Shown here: positions 19,146 to 30,181 of the stretch, in pieces
Position numbering within the stretch: the first letter of the stretch is position 1
Layout of the letters: each line of letters starts with the position of its first letter
Origin: Patescibacteria group bacterium
Lineage (GTDB): Bacteria; Patescibacteriota; Microgenomatia; UBA10105; UBA927
Reading direction: 5' to 3'
Assembly: GCA_035510735.1 (NCBI GenBank)
Contig: DATKGN010000006.1
Coordinates: 1,429 to 65,428, forward strand
DNA length: 64,000 nucleotides
The notes under the pieces: generated by a model
Told to the model about the DNA's origin: nothing
Database searches by the model: none
Seen by the model: the letters and a program-made list of their open reading frames with translations, nothing else
Made by a program: the position numbers and the translations under genes

Positions 19146-19269
19146 ATATCATCTCAAAACAAACTTTGACCTCATAACCGTTCCTAAACCGAGATCATAT
19201 CTTCAGCGCGCAGTTCCTGAGGGATATTACTTTTCTACATTAACGCGGGGCAATGAACTGTTCTGCATA

Positions 19270-19823
19270 TTTGTAAGTCAGGAAAGACGACGAAGCGTTA
19301 ACTGGCTATATTATGGTAATGGTCGCGTTGCCGATTATTCAGCTGGCATCGGAGAAAACCTCCTTGAATATTTCGATGAGGAGCTACTTCCCATAGCGCA
19401 ACGGACCGATAATCTGTTGAATCATGCTCTGATAGGTGCATTTGATTATAAGTACGATTTTCTTCAAACATCAGAGGGACGTTTCTTATCCAATCACGCG
19501 TCGCTTCACAAAAAACTGACGAACAAACCATATTTAGGGATATCGAGCGCATCGCGAAACTAAAGGAAAATGGCGTACGGGAAATACACCTTGAAATCGG
19601 CGATGTTAACAAATCATCAAAGGTTATTCCTAAGGACGAATCCTACATTCTTACCTTAACCAATAACCTGCATGTCGGAAAAGCGGATTTATATAAAATT
19701 AATTTTAGCAATATGAAAGGCCTTTGCTTGCCAAGAGGGTTGAGGGGCGGCCTCCTTGAGCATAACGGCTATAACATCATCGCCTATGCGCTGTACTGGG
19801 GCCTCCCGATAGCGTTCGTATAG
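19270..19823 (+). pseudogene. frameshifted gene remnant (frameshift at A6 tract 19510..19515)
   Basis: Two protein-like reading frames (...GIGENLLEYFDEELLPIAQRTDNLLNHALIGAFDYKYDFLQTSEGRFLSNHASLHKK / TDEQTIFRDIERIAKLKENGVREIHLEIGDVNKSSKV...YALYWGLPIAFV*) join at the homopolymer; no ORF called here by the track. Confidence 0.4.
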
Positions 19824-19877
19824 AAGTACATAAATTCTGGCTCACCGATTTGGAACAAAAAGTGAATCGAGTGGAGT

Positions 19878-20576
19878 TTAGCTGCTATTTCCGACATCGG
19901 GCTCATACTTTTCTTTAAGTGCCTTCATCTCCTGTTTTAATTCACTTATCCTTAGTTCTCTTCCTGTCATGAGTTGATTCATTTCTGCAAGTTCATCAAT
20001 TTTCTGTTGAAGGGCTGCTGCTGCTTTTCGATTTTCCGTCACGTCATGAAAATTCCATACCCGACCGATAATATTATCTCCCACTTTGAGGGGAACTGAA
20101 TTCCTTTCAAATATCCTGCCGTCTTTAAATTCCAAAACTTCCTTACTAACCGCTTCCGGTTGACTGTATAATTCCTTCACTTTGGCCATAAAAACGTCAG
20201 GATGAATCAATTCGCCAATCGCAAAAGCCAACGCTTTATCATCATCATGCGATGCTATAGGTTCCCGCGGCATGTGCCACATTTCGATGAATCGTTCGTT
20301 ATAACTGAAAATTTTACCTTTGCCGTCCACCACGAGAACTCCGTCGCTGTTTGCTTCGAATGTGGCTTTCAGTTGAGAAATGTATTCGCTGAGTTCACGT
20401 GAGCTCAATTCCATCGACCGATCGGAAAGTGCCCGGTCATCGTCAAAATGTTTATAGGTATCGCTCACGGACTGTAACAGCGGCATTACCTCTTTCGGGA
20501 CCGCCTCAAGACTGCCGAAAATTTTGAGAATCTGGCGTGTGAGCGTCCGGTGAAATTGAATGGTTGTTTCATCCAT
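19878..20576 (-). CDS. PAS-domain signalling protein with N-terminal coiled coil
   Basis: PAS-like segment (GKIFSYNERFIEMWHMP...) and heptad-rich N-terminus. Confidence 0.5.
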   Translation of the reverse strand: MDETTIQFHRTLTRQILKIFGSLEAVPKEVMPLLQSVSDTYKHFDDDRALSDRSMELSSRELSEYISQLKATFEANSDGVLVVDGKGKIFSYNERFIEMWHMPREPIASHDDDKALAFAIGELIHPDVFMAKVKELYSQPEAVSKEVLEFKDGRIFERNSVPLKVGDNIIGRVWNFHDVTENRKAAAALQQKIDELAEMNQLMTGRELRISELKQEMKALKEKYEPDVGNSS

Positions 20577-20587
20577 AGATCCACGTT

Positions 20588-21739
20588 TTACAGCACTTCA
20601 TGAAACATCGTCACTGTCATCGTCTGATTATGAAGCTGACACTGATCAGCCGCAGCAGCGGTAGGGCACAATTCTCCGTAGGAATAGAATCCTGTTATCA
20701 CTGCCTTCTTTCCGATAACGTTTTGCACTGCCTCGATTTCTTCCTCCGTACGCTCCTGCAGAATGAGCTTTCTTCCGACGCAACTTACAAGTATCGCAAG
20801 CTCCACTTCGTTGTTCTCTAACCGCTTTATACTTAAATTGGCCGCCTCACCCGCTCCATCGATCACACGATCAAAATTTGCCCTCATTAATTGTGCAGGC
20901 GTCCCTTGCGGCATGTCACCGGCGAATGTCATGCTTTGTGCGGCTTCATCTACCGCAAGAATTGTCCGGACAATATTGGTTTCGCCGTTTTTGGTTTTCA
21001 CACGCAAACTCAAAGGAAATAGTAATCCGCTTCCGGGTAGTTCTTTCGTTTTCTCTCCTAAATACTCTTTATACAGCGCCAATGCCGGCTTATCATCCAG
21101 TTCATATAAAACGTTATCGCTCGATTTTGTAATAATACGCTCAGGACCAAACGAATCCCAACCGCCGAAACTTCCATATCCGACGCGAAGAGCTGTGCCG
21201 TAAAATCCGATGACAACGACCTTCCCTGAAACCGGCGGCCCGTCAAGCCCAACGACTGTTTCTTTGAATGCTGCTCCATCGCCTACTAATCCTCCTGTTA
21301 CGGATATATCAGGAGGCAGATTGTTTCGTAAACCGTCGACGAGTTTCGTGCCGTTAATTTTGAGCCCTTCAGAAAACACCATCACATGAACCAGTCCGTC
21401 GTGGGGTATCGAACCCGCCAGGGTTTTTCCTGCCTGTTCGCTTTCCGTAGCTTTCGAAACCATCGTTTGCCCAAACTCTAAACGTGTTTTGGCAAACGAA
21501 ACAGCCGTGAGGCAAAGCGAGTCATCCAGTACCTGAGTACCGATAATTTCACCGGCGGTAGAACAAAGTAAGATGTGCGCTTTCGGATACCAGGATTGGA
21601 TGAGAGACAGTTGAGCTGCATCTTTGACCATTTTGGTGCTGCCAAAAACCATCACCCACTGTGCGCTGTCTTTTATGTCTGACGAGGAAAGTTCAACCCA
21701 ACCGCTCGCTTGTTGCCATTTTTTTTGTTGTATTTGCAT
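20588..21739 (-). CDS. FIST-domain signalling protein
   Basis: Architecture and motifs consistent with FIST N/C domains; adjacent to the PAS protein. Confidence 0.5.
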   Translation of the reverse strand: MQIQQKKWQQASGWVELSSSDIKDSAQWVMVFGSTKMVKDAAQLSLIQSWYPKAHILLCSTAGEIIGTQVLDDSLCLTAVSFAKTRLEFGQTMVSKATESEQAGKTLAGSIPHDGLVHVMVFSEGLKINGTKLVDGLRNNLPPDISVTGGLVGDGAAFKETVVGLDGPPVSGKVVVIGFYGTALRVGYGSFGGWDSFGPERIITKSSDNVLYELDDKPALALYKEYLGEKTKELPGSGLLFPLSLRVKTKNGETNIVRTILAVDEAAQSMTFAGDMPQGTPAQLMRANFDRVIDGAGEAANLSIKRLENNEVELAILVSCVGRKLILQERTEEEIEAVQNVIGKKAVITGFYSYGELCPTAAAADQCQLHNQTMTVTMFHEVL

Positions 21740-21911
21740 ATTTCGCCTCCATACTCATGGTATACTATACCAATACGATGTCAATGAAAGATACATGAGT
21801 GGAAATGCGGGTTGGGATAAATCCAGGCAGAATATTGTGTGGTACCTCGCTTTACTCAATCATTGGACTCACCACTGGATTTATGTTTAATTGGTGTTGT
21901 ATCATACAATT

Positions 21912-22550
21912 ATGACGAAAAACGAAAAGGCACTGGAGGTATTCAAAAGACTCTCCAAAGCCATTCCGAATCCGAAAGTGGAACTGAATTTTAAAACGCC
22001 GTTCGAACTTCTGGTCGCAACGATATTGGCGGCTCAGTGTACCGATAAACTCGTCAATACCGTTACTCCCGCTTTGTTTAAGAAATATCCGACCCCTAAA
22101 GATATGGCCGCCGCATCAGCGTCTGATATCGACGCGTTCATCATCAAAGTCACGTTTCATTCCAATAAAGCGAAAAATATCCAGGCTGCTTCCAACATGA
22201 TTATGGACACATATCACGGTATCGTTCCTAAAACTATGGAAGAACTTGATGCGCTTCCGGGTGTCGCACGGAAAACAGCGAATGTCGTTTTGGGAAGTGC
22301 GTTTGGTATCGCGTCTGGAATCGTCATTGATACGCACGGTATCCGGCTTTCGAATAAATTAGGACTCACAACCGAAAAGGACCCCGTCAAAATCGAACAG
22401 GATCTTATGAAACTCATTCCCAAAGATAAATGGATCGATTTCGGACATTTGCTTACCCTCCACGGACGGTATGTGTGCACAGCCCGCCCGCATACATGCG
22501 AAAACTGCCCCCTAGGCGATCTGTGCCCGGAATATGCTAAAAATATATAG
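21912..22550 (+). CDS. nth: endonuclease III (DNA glycosylase/AP lyase)
   Basis: ELNFKTPFELLVATILAAQCTD, HhH-GPD region, C-terminal 4Fe-4S cysteines C-x6-C-x2-C-x5-C; ORF track start 21891. Confidence 0.85.
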   Translation: MTKNEKALEVFKRLSKAIPNPKVELNFKTPFELLVATILAAQCTDKLVNTVTPALFKKYPTPKDMAAASASDIDAFIIKVTFHSNKAKNIQAASNMIMDTYHGIVPKTMEELDALPGVARKTANVVLGSAFGIASGIVIDTHGIRLSNKLGLTTEKDPVKIEQDLMKLIPKDKWIDFGHLLTLHGRYVCTARPHTCENCPLGDLCPEYAKNI

Positions 22551-22552
22551 CC

Positions 22553-22888
22553 TTACGCGGTTTCACACCTATTTCTTGCGGCAAAGGCGAAGAAGTAAAA
22601 ATAGCGTTGCCACTCAGATGCCTGCTGGTGATATTGATTGTCTCCTATAAAATAATCCAGCCAAAGCTCCCTGGCCCTCGCTATTTCGCGCCTGCCCGCT
22701 CCATGGCGGCTATCAGCAAGCGTCAGGTCAAAAAGTTCTAAGGCCCGAACATTGGCTTGGGAAGCGTAGGGAATATTATTTTTCGCTTTCCATTGTATGG
22801 CCCGCTCAACCTCGCTTCCGATATTGGCCATTTGCTCAACGAGTGACAACCTCCTCCACCGACCTCCCGATAAATCCTTGTGCTGCAT
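22553..22888 (-). CDS. hypothetical protein
   Basis: 111-aa ORF, no confident motif. Confidence 0.3.
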   Translation of the reverse strand: MQHKDLSGGRWRRLSLVEQMANIGSEVERAIQWKAKNNIPYASQANVRALELFDLTLADSRHGAGRREIARARELWLDYFIGDNQYHQQASEWQRYFYFFAFAARNRCETA

Positions 22889-22891
22889 ATT

Positions 22892-23230
22892 TTATCGTAT
22901 TAATGCCGCAATGACGGCGCGTATTTCTTTTTGAAGATGTATATCTTGAATATTTCTACTCATGTTGCCTTCACTAGGACGGACGTTAATCATCGAGTCA
23001 AATTCTATAAAATCATCGCCGTCAAGATCGGGATACAGATTCACTCCCCAGACATCAGTCTGTTGGGAACCCTGAGATAATAATAAGGCCTCTTCATCAG
23101 CATGTAGACTAGCATCAATTGCCATAACATGACGTTTCACATCCACAACCGCTTTGACGAGATCTCCAAATCCGCGTTTCGCCATTTTTCGAAGTTCTTC
23201 TTTTGTAGTCGGCGAGTCAACAATTAACAT
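22892..23230 (-). CDS. hypothetical conserved small protein
   Basis: Start moved to internal Met (MLIVDSPTT...) because the first 22 codons of the track ORF look non-coding and overlap the divergent gene. Confidence 0.35.
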   Translation of the reverse strand: MLIVDSPTTKEELRKMAKRGFGDLVKAVVDVKRHVMAIDASLHADEEALLLSQGSQQTDVWGVNLYPDLDGDDFIEFDSMINVRPSEGNMSRNIQDIHLQKEIRAVIAALIR

Positions 23231-23299
23231 GAGGGTATTATAACAGAAAGAAAATGAGTAAATATCACGCGAGAGATGAGTAATTGCTATAATCACTCT

Positions 23300-24172
23300 A
23301 TGAAGCTTATTATCATTACCTTCACGCTCCTAGTCGCGTTGATGATTATCGCGTTTCTATATACGTGGTATAGATTTCGAAAGTCTATCTACATTCACAC
23401 GACGGAAAATCAAGAACTACTGAATAAATATCCTCTAGAGCATATTGAGGTGAACCTCACCACAAAAGACCGACTTCAAATCTCATCTTGGTATATTCCG
23501 GTTCCTCATCCGAAAGCTGTTGTCATTTTAATCCCGGGATTTACGGATAAGAATGGCGGCAAAGCGCTTATGCTTCCGCATGCAGCGTATTTAAAAGATG
23601 CCGGCTACTCTTCGATGCTTCTTGACCTCCGATCTACCGGTGAGAGCAGCGGCGCTAAATCTTATTTAGGAATCAAAGAATGGCAGGACGTTGAAGCTGC
23701 ATATGATTACCTAAAAAATCAACCTGAAAATAAAGATACGAAAATCGGGTTTTTTGGTATATCCATGGGTGCGGCAACGGCGATAATTACCACAGGAAAA
23801 ACAGGAAAGGGTGATTTCATCATCGCTTCCGTCCCATACGCCTCATTTGACGGTCTTTTTGCCTTTCAGCTGTCTAAAGATCATTTACCATCAGTACTGT
23901 TACCGCTCCTCAAGCTCGCAGCAGCAATTGAATTCGGGCTCTCATACAACACATATAACCCTTCCCGTCTTATAAAAAATATTCACATCCCGGTATTTAT
24001 AATCGCGGCGAAACAGGATAAAGATGTTGGGTATGCTGGAGCCGCAGACCTGTATCAGCTTGCCAACAAACCGAAATATTTTTGGGCGCCGAATTCACAA
24101 CACGATGTGCATCTCGAGCAACCGGAAAAATTTCAAAATAGAGTATTGTCATTTTTGGAAATGTTGAATTAA
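23300..24172 (+). CDS. alpha/beta-fold hydrolase with N-terminal membrane anchor
   Basis: N-terminal TM helix, nucleophile elbow GISMG; track start 23276. Confidence 0.55.
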   Translation: MKLIIITFTLLVALMIIAFLYTWYRFRKSIYIHTTENQELLNKYPLEHIEVNLTTKDRLQISSWYIPVPHPKAVVILIPGFTDKNGGKALMLPHAAYLKDAGYSSMLLDLRSTGESSGAKSYLGIKEWQDVEAAYDYLKNQPENKDTKIGFFGISMGAATAIITTGKTGKGDFIIASVPYASFDGLFAFQLSKDHLPSVLLPLLKLAAAIEFGLSYNTYNPSRLIKNIHIPVFIIAAKQDKDVGYAGAADLYQLANKPKYFWAPNSQHDVHLEQPEKFQNRVLSFLEMLN

Positions 24173-24183
24173 CGTAGAATAGT

Positions 24184-24753
24184 ATGAAAAACCCGATTGA
24201 ATACGACAATATCATTATTCTTCACGGCTGCCCGGCAACATCCACAAACATCATTCCGAAGAATCAACGGTGGATGAACTGGTTGGCGGAACAATTGAGG
24301 GAAAAGGGATATAACGCTACTGCCCCTGATATGCCTACCCCGTGGGCCCCGAAATATGAAGTATGGAAAAAAGAATTTGAAAAATACCAAATAACTAAAA
24401 ATAGCCTACTAGTCGGCCATAGCTGCGGAGCAGCGTTTTTCGTACGGTGGCTTCTTGATACCGGCAGAAAGGTTAAAAAGCTTATTCTTGTCGCTCCCGC
24501 AAAAATTTCCGAAACGGACGCGGATTCGAGACAGGATTTGTATCGATTTGATCTTCCTATGGATGCTTCACATATCGCAGATGAAATCGTAGTATTTACA
24601 TCCAACGATTTCCCCCATCATCTCAAATCACTTGAACTATACAAAAAGGCCCTTAAACCCCGTGTCGTTAAGCTGGAAAACAAGGGACACTTCCTCATTT
24701 TCACCATGGGCACAAACGAATTTCCAGAGCTTTTGGATGAAATTATCGGCTGA
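24184..24753 (+). CDS. alpha/beta hydrolase, YdeN/RBBP9-like serine hydrolase
   Basis: IIILHGCPAT... and nucleophile motif GHSCG; ~190 aa. Confidence 0.55.
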   Translation: MKNPIEYDNIIILHGCPATSTNIIPKNQRWMNWLAEQLREKGYNATAPDMPTPWAPKYEVWKKEFEKYQITKNSLLVGHSCGAAFFVRWLLDTGRKVKKLILVAPAKISETDADSRQDLYRFDLPMDASHIADEIVVFTSNDFPHHLKSLELYKKALKPRVVKLENKGHFLIFTMGTNEFPELLDEIIG

Positions 24754-24768
24754 AGAACACCCTCAGTC

Positions 24769-25311
24769 TTACGGACAGACGGAGGAGATAGTGTATTGTG
24801 CGGTGGCAGTTCCCGTACTACCATATACGATGACGGTATAATGACCGCAGTGCGATAAATTGATAAAATCCGTCAGAATATCGGTTGATCCATTGCCACC
24901 TATATAGGTTCCGGTATAATCTCCGCCGTTTAGAACGAGTAAATGTAATTTGACCCGTGAATCAGGCGCAAATCCCGTTCCTTTTACTTCTATATCCGTC
25001 AACCATCCGTAACAGCTTGAACCGGGTGTACATTCATGAACCTGAACATTCGTAATACTCGGCTGCGGGACGGGAGTAGGAGTCGGCGTAGGCCTCGGGG
25101 TCTGACTTGGCGTTGGTGTCGGGGTTACTCTGGGTGTCGGACTTGGCGTTGGTGTCGGGGTGACTTTAGGAGTTGGTGACGGTTTTTCATGGCACTCATC
25201 ACGGTCCATTCTCACGACGTGGCCGTTGGGTTGTTTGCAATCAACTAAATGGCCACCGGATACGAAATGGGAATAGGCCACCAGAACTGCAATAAGAAAT
25301 CCTTTGAACAT
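24769..25311 (-). CDS. secreted/lipo-protein with Pro-Thr-rich linker
   Basis: Signal peptide-like N-terminus, PTPTPSPTPRVTPTPTPSQTPRPTPTPTP low-complexity tract. Confidence 0.45.
   Translation of the reverse strand: MFKGFLIAVLVAYSHFVSGGHLVDCKQPNGHVVRMDRDECHEKPSPTPKVTPTPTPSPTPRVTPTPTPSQTPRPTPTPTPVPQPSITNVQVHECTPGSSCYGWLTDIEVKGTGFAPDSRVKLHLLVLNGGDYTGTYIGGNGSTDILTDFINLSHCGHYTVIVYGSTGTATAQYTISSVCP
25085..25190. repeat. coding tandem repeat (PT-linker codons)
   Basis: tcggacttggcgttggtgtcgggg unit repeated; encodes the PTPT tract. Confidence 0.6.
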
Positions 25312-25391
25312 AAATTGCAGTGTAATAAAATCCTATAGTTTTGTCAACAAGACAAATATCCCAATACATATTTGTGCTATTCTGTCCTTAT

Positions 25392-26276
25392 ATGACTTCC
25401 CAAAATAAACTTTTCGGCTTCGTTTCACTCCTGTCTGTCGGCTGCATTCTGTCGTTTTTTGGTTTATTCTCGAGAATCTTAAGTTCGTATACAGGAAATC
25501 CCATGCAGCTATTTCTGAGGGCATTTTTTATCACCCTTATTATCACTCCGTACATCCTGTCCAAAAGAAAAACCATAAACTTGCCTAAGGGGAAGCCGCT
25601 TCCTTTCTTCGTATTTTTGGTATCATTTCCGCTATATATCTTATTTTTCACGATCAGCGTGAACACCATAAAAGTCGCAAATGCATTTTTCTACATATTT
25701 ATCAGTACAACGATAACGTCATATGTGATTGGTAATATATATTTTAAGGAAAAAATAACAAAGCGGGAAATAATCGCATCTTTATTACTTCTTGCAGGAT
25801 TATTTCTGTTTGCCTTTCCTTTTACGTTTTTGCACTCTGCGGTCGGGATATTGGCAGGAATTTTCGGAGGGATACTCTCGGGCATCAGTAACGCAACGCG
25901 GAAATTCTATGACGGGAAAATTAACCGATGGTTCACGATATTCCTACAAATGCTGGTCGGTACGGTTATCGGAGCCGCCCTCGCACTATTCACTCACGGG
26001 ACGCAAATAATCAACTGGAATTTGTATGCGTCCGTTATTTTATTTCTTTTTGTCATCCTGAACGTCGCTGCGCAATACTTACTTTTTGTCGGCCTTAAGA
26101 ATTTTGATCTGAATTTGAGTTCGGTTGTGTTAGCATCTCAGCTTCTATTTGTTCTTCTGGTCGGCGCTATATTCCTTAAAGAATTGCCGACAACAACCGA
26201 ATTATTGGCTTCAATAATCGTGTTAACAGCAATTATTCTTTCAAAAGTAAACGTGCCAATGTTAAAATTAAGCTAA
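25392..26276 (+). CDS. EamA/DMT-family transporter
   Basis: ~10 TM helices, two EamA-like halves; track start 25341. Confidence 0.55.
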   Translation: MTSQNKLFGFVSLLSVGCILSFFGLFSRILSSYTGNPMQLFLRAFFITLIITPYILSKRKTINLPKGKPLPFFVFLVSFPLYILFFTISVNTIKVANAFFYIFISTTITSYVIGNIYFKEKITKREIIASLLLLAGLFLFAFPFTFLHSAVGILAGIFGGILSGISNATRKFYDGKINRWFTIFLQMLVGTVIGAALALFTHGTQIINWNLYASVILFLFVILNVAAQYLLFVGLKNFDLNLSSVVLASQLLFVLLVGAIFLKELPTTTELLASIIVLTAIILSKVNVPMLKLS

Positions 26277-26320
26277 TTGGACACGCTAATTTTTGACAAA
26301 ATTGAACGAAAGACTATAAT

Positions 26321-27274
26321 TTGGGCTGCATGAACGCCGAAAGAGTAATTGTCACTGATACTGGGGCCTCAATAACACCTCAACAAGCCACAGAAATGGG
26401 AGTTTCACTTATCCCTCTCCATATTATTTGGCCCGACGGATCAGACGAACTGGATACTTCTTATTCAAATAATCTCAAAGATTTTTATAACAAAATGCAG
26501 GATTTTATGGATAAAGGCGCACGTCCTCCGACCACTGCAGCACCATCGGTATTAGAATTTTCCAATCTCTATAACGATCTCCTTACGCATGGAGCAAAAG
26601 AAATCGGATCAGTACATATGATGAGTACAAAAAGCGGAACGTACAGCAATGCCACCGTAGCTGCGGAAGCCGTAATGAAGGCACACAAAGACGTGAAAAT
26701 TCGCGCCATAGACGCCAAATCCTTTTCTCTCGCGGAGTTGCTTCAGGTGAAAACGGCAATTGAACTACAAAATAACGGAGCACCACTGGAAGAAATCGAT
26801 AGAATCCTCACGAGGGATGCAGATAAAAACATGTCCGTATATGTTGCGATCAATTCGCTAAAGAATCTCGCCGCAAGCGGCCGCGTGTCAAAAGGGAAAG
26901 AATGGGCAACATCTCTTCTCAATATTAAAGTCATCGTTCATCTTATCGATAATGATTTGGAAAGCTATCAGCTCATACATGGTGGGAAAGCGGCTAGAAG
27001 AATGATCGTGCAGGATCTTATGGATGACGTTGAGACAAGAAAAGCGCCTCCATCAAAAATCGGCGTCATTTACACATATAATCCGGAAATCGGCGATGAA
27101 TTAGTTGATATGTTGGGTGGTGTTTTGCGAAAACCCGGAGAACCTACTGATAGCGAACATCCTCGAGCAGAACTTGTCGGACCTGTTGACGCCCTCGGTC
27201 TTATGGCAATCCACTCCGGTCCCAACGCCGGCGCCGTCGCCGCCGTTTGGAAAGATGTCGATCCACAGGCATAA
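26321..27274 (+). CDS. DegV-family fatty-acid-binding protein
   Basis: [30 protein letters not shown]-terminus and overall DegV architecture; alternative start 26330. Confidence 0.7.
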   Translation: MGCMNAERVIVTDTGASITPQQATEMGVSLIPLHIIWPDGSDELDTSYSNNLKDFYNKMQDFMDKGARPPTTAAPSVLEFSNLYNDLLTHGAKEIGSVHMMSTKSGTYSNATVAAEAVMKAHKDVKIRAIDAKSFSLAELLQVKTAIELQNNGAPLEEIDRILTRDADKNMSVYVAINSLKNLAASGRVSKGKEWATSLLNIKVIVHLIDNDLESYQLIHGGKAARRMIVQDLMDDVETRKAPPSKIGVIYTYNPEIGDELVDMLGGVLRKPGEPTDSEHPRAELVGPVDALGLMAIHSGPNAGAVAAVWKDVDPQA

Positions 27275-27315
27275 ATCACACGAGTCTTTACATTTATGGT
27301 ATTCTATACACGAGC

Positions 27316-27786
27316 ATGAAAAAACTCCATAAAGCAGTTATCGGCATTGTCGGCAGTCTGACATTTATCTCAGGTGCAGTTCCCGGCGTCCACGCGGCAA
27401 CCACGTCGCAAGGATATAGCACTACAACGGTAACGCGATCAAATACCTATCAGGATTCACTCATAAATGGGAGGCCGACAGCAACCCCGACGCCAACGCC
27501 TGCAGTAGTACCCACGTCAAATGGTATATTACGTTACATTCCATTGCCTTCCGTCAAACCGACCGCAACGCCGACACCAAAACCAACACCGAAGCCCACA
27601 CCCAAACCAACACCGAAACCGACTCCGAAGGGATCTCCGACACCAAAGGTGTCGCCAAAACCCACGCCCAAGCCAACACCGAAGGTTTCGCCGAAAATGG
27701 ATACAATTACTTCATCGGTCGTGAACACAGTAACTTCGACGTTCCAAAATATAGTCGATACCCTGAAGAATCTGTTTAAGTTTTAA
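27316..27786 (+). CDS. secreted protein with (T/S)PKPTPKP repeats
   Basis: Signal peptide [27 protein letters not shown], then [46 protein letters not shown]. Confidence 0.5.
   Translation: MKKLHKAVIGIVGSLTFISGAVPGVHAATTSQGYSTTTVTRSNTYQDSLINGRPTATPTPTPAVVPTSNGILRYIPLPSVKPTATPTPKPTPKPTPKPTPKPTPKGSPTPKVSPKPTPKPTPKVSPKMDTITSSVVNTVTSTFQNIVDTLKNLFKF
27540..27700. repeat. coding tandem repeat (period ~12 nt, TPKP codons)
   Basis: ccgaagcccacacccaaaccaacaccgaaaccgactccgaag-type units. Confidence 0.6.
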
Positions 27787-28797
27787 TCAGCGATCCTCGA
27801 GAAGATGCCGTTTGTAAAGTGCTTCGTTGTACACGAAATCGTATCCGCCGATATAATTCACTTCCACCCCGCCGAATTTGCGTTTGAAGACCGAAAACCC
27901 CTGCCAAGGATGCGTTTCCGTATCCTCGCCGGGAGCTAAACCGTAAAAATCATACCATGCTAACCCCCGTTTTTTCGCATCCCTGATAATTTCCCAATGC
28001 AGGAGGTACGGAGCCATCATATTTTTTTTCTTCTCAGATGATGCACCGTAAAGAAACGTCGCCACGTGGCCGTAATACAACACCATCGCCGTCCCTAGGA
28101 TTTCGTTTCCAAGCACGGCAAAATAGATGACTGCGTCCGTCTCACGGACAAGTAAGTCGGCTAAACATAAGAAATAATCTTCATCTTTCCCGTCAAACCC
28201 CGTACGTTTCACAAACGGAGTATAGAGACGAAGGAAGTCATTGATTCCGTCGGGCAATGTTGTTTTCGTAATGCGCACATCATTCTTGGTTGCAACCTTT
28301 ATGTTGTATCTGCATTTTGGCTTCATCTCACGTAACAGTTCATTATCAGACTTGTGAAGATCAATAAGAAGCGTCCGGAGAGGAAGCTGATCAACAGGAG
28401 CTTTCCGAAATCTTGAAAAATACGCAGGAATACTCGTTAATTTCGGTTCAATCGAAAGATGCGACGTGCGATTTTCGCCCGTCAAATCCGCGACTGTATC
28501 GATTTCTGAAATAAGCATATGAAACATAGTTTCCGCTTTTTCCGGGTTATTGTACGGCAAAACCGGTCCTTCGGTAATTTCTATCGTATTTCTTCCTTTA
28601 TAGTGTGCGTATTTTGAAATAATCGTGCCACCAACAAGTTTGTCTTTCTCTACTATGCCGATCTTGTAGGATTGCCAGCCCAAGAGGTTCTTAAACTCTG
28701 TCCACCAGAACGACTGCATATAGCCTGATGCGGGATTTGTTTTGGTCAGATGTTCCCACTCATCACGCCTCGATTCGTCAATATAGATAAGCTTCAT
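27787..28797 (-). CDS. FemAB-family peptidoglycan peptide-bridge aminoacyltransferase
   Basis: 336 aa, FemAB-like GNAT duplicated fold. Confidence 0.6.
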   Translation of the reverse strand: MKLIYIDESRRDEWEHLTKTNPASGYMQSFWWTEFKNLLGWQSYKIGIVEKDKLVGGTIISKYAHYKGRNTIEITEGPVLPYNNPEKAETMFHMLISEIDTVADLTGENRTSHLSIEPKLTSIPAYFSRFRKAPVDQLPLRTLLIDLHKSDNELLREMKPKCRYNIKVATKNDVRITKTTLPDGINDFLRLYTPFVKRTGFDGKDEDYFLCLADLLVRETDAVIYFAVLGNEILGTAMVLYYGHVATFLYGASSEKKKNMMAPYLLHWEIIRDAKKRGLAWYDFYGLAPGEDTETHPWQGFSVFKRKFGGVEVNYIGGYDFVYNEALYKRHLLEDR

Positions 28798-28828
28798 AAC
28801 AATAATGTAACCGAGTATACTATAAAGT

Positions 28829-30181
28829 ATGCCCTATCGGACAATGGATTCGATACATGACTTCTCACACCTCCATGAGCGGCCCCACCCTCATGAGCGG
28901 CTCTTCCGGAGTGAAGTAATTGAACGGGTGATCAAAGAGGTCGCATGTGATATAGCTGATCCCGATATCAGAAAAATGTTTTCCCAGTGTTTCCCCAACG
29001 CCCTTGATACCACGGTCTATTACCACGAGAATGAAAATGGAGGAGGACAAGACTCATTTATCGTAACCGGCGATATACCGGCTATGTGGCTACGGGACAG
29101 CACCAACCAGATTTGGCCATATCTGCGCTATATAAATGACGATCCGGAACTTAAGAATCTATTCATTGGACTTATTCACCGTCAGGCACGAAGTATCGCC
29201 ATAGATCCATATGCGAACGCATTTGAGCAAAATTTTGAAATCTGGGAACGGAAGTATGAGCTTGACAGCCTCTGTTCATTTTTCCGATTATCAAGCGGCT
29301 ACTTTGAAACAACTGGCGATATCGCTCCTTTTAATAATCACTGGTTAAACGCGGTTAATAAGAGCCTCCAAGTCATCCATCTCGAGCAAAATACGCTCAA
29401 TAAGGAAAATTTGGAGCTCCTCTTCACATACCGCACGAAATCCGGCCACCACCATCCTGCTATCCGTCTCATGGGATACGGCTATCCCGGACGGCACTCT
29501 GGACTCTCACGGTGCGTATTCCGCCCGTCTGACGATGAGACCGTATTTCCGTATCACATCGCGGCAAACGCAATGGCTGTCGTCTTTTTACGGAAAATCG
29601 CTGTAATTCTCGATAAAATTTCTGCATTTGAAACCGCAAAACTCGCTTCGACGCTCGCTCACCAAATCGATGAAGGGATTAAACACTTAGGCGTTGTCCA
29701 TCATAAACATTTCGAGGAAATCTATGCATACGAAGTCGACGGTTTCGGATCGGCCTGCATCATGGATGATCCGAACGTTCCGAGTTTACTCAGTCTGCCA
29801 TACCTCGGATATACAACCGTCGATGACCCCATATATCAACATACGAGAGCGCTTGCCCTAAGCGACTGGAATTCGTTTTTCACTCACGGGAAGATTGCCT
29901 GCGGTATCAGCTCGCCGCACGTAGGTGTTTGTGATAAATTCTGGCCGATGGCAACGATCGTCCAGGCGCTCACGTCGACGGACCCCGACGAAATCAAATC
30001 CTGTCTCGCAATCCTCAAAAAAACACATGCAGGGACATTTTTTATCCATGAAAGCGTCCATGTGGATGATTCGCACCACTACACACGCCACTGGTTCTCC
30101 TGGGCAAATTCACTGTTCGGGGAACTCATTCTCACACTTCGGGAAACACACCCTGAGGTACTCCACACGATTTTACCCTGA
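28829..30181 (+). CDS. glycoside hydrolase family 125 (exo-alpha-1,6-mannosidase-like)
   Basis: [18 protein letters not shown] signature of GH125/DUF1237. Confidence 0.7.
   Translation: MPYRTMDSIHDFSHLHERPHPHERLFRSEVIERVIKEVACDIADPDIRKMFSQCFPNALDTTVYYHENENGGGQDSFIVTGDIPAMWLRDSTNQIWPYLRYINDDPELKNLFIGLIHRQARSIAIDPYANAFEQNFEIWERKYELDSLCSFFRLSSGYFETTGDIAPFNNHWLNAVNKSLQVIHLEQNTLNKENLELLFTYRTKSGHHHPAIRLMGYGYPGRHSGLSRCVFRPSDDETVFPYHIAANAMAVVFLRKIAVILDKISAFETAKLASTLAHQIDEGIKHLGVVHHKHFEEIYAYEVDGFGSACIMDDPNVPSLLSLPYLGYTTVDDPIYQHTRALALSDWNSFFTHGKIACGISSPHVGVCDKFWPMATIVQALTSTDPDEIKSCLAILKKTHAGTFFIHESVHVDDSHHYTRHWFSWANSLFGELILTLRETHPEVLHTILP

Noticed and set aside
19298-19612. 104-aa minus-strand ORF
   Set aside because: Non-protein-like composition; region better explained by the frameshifted plus-strand coding remnant
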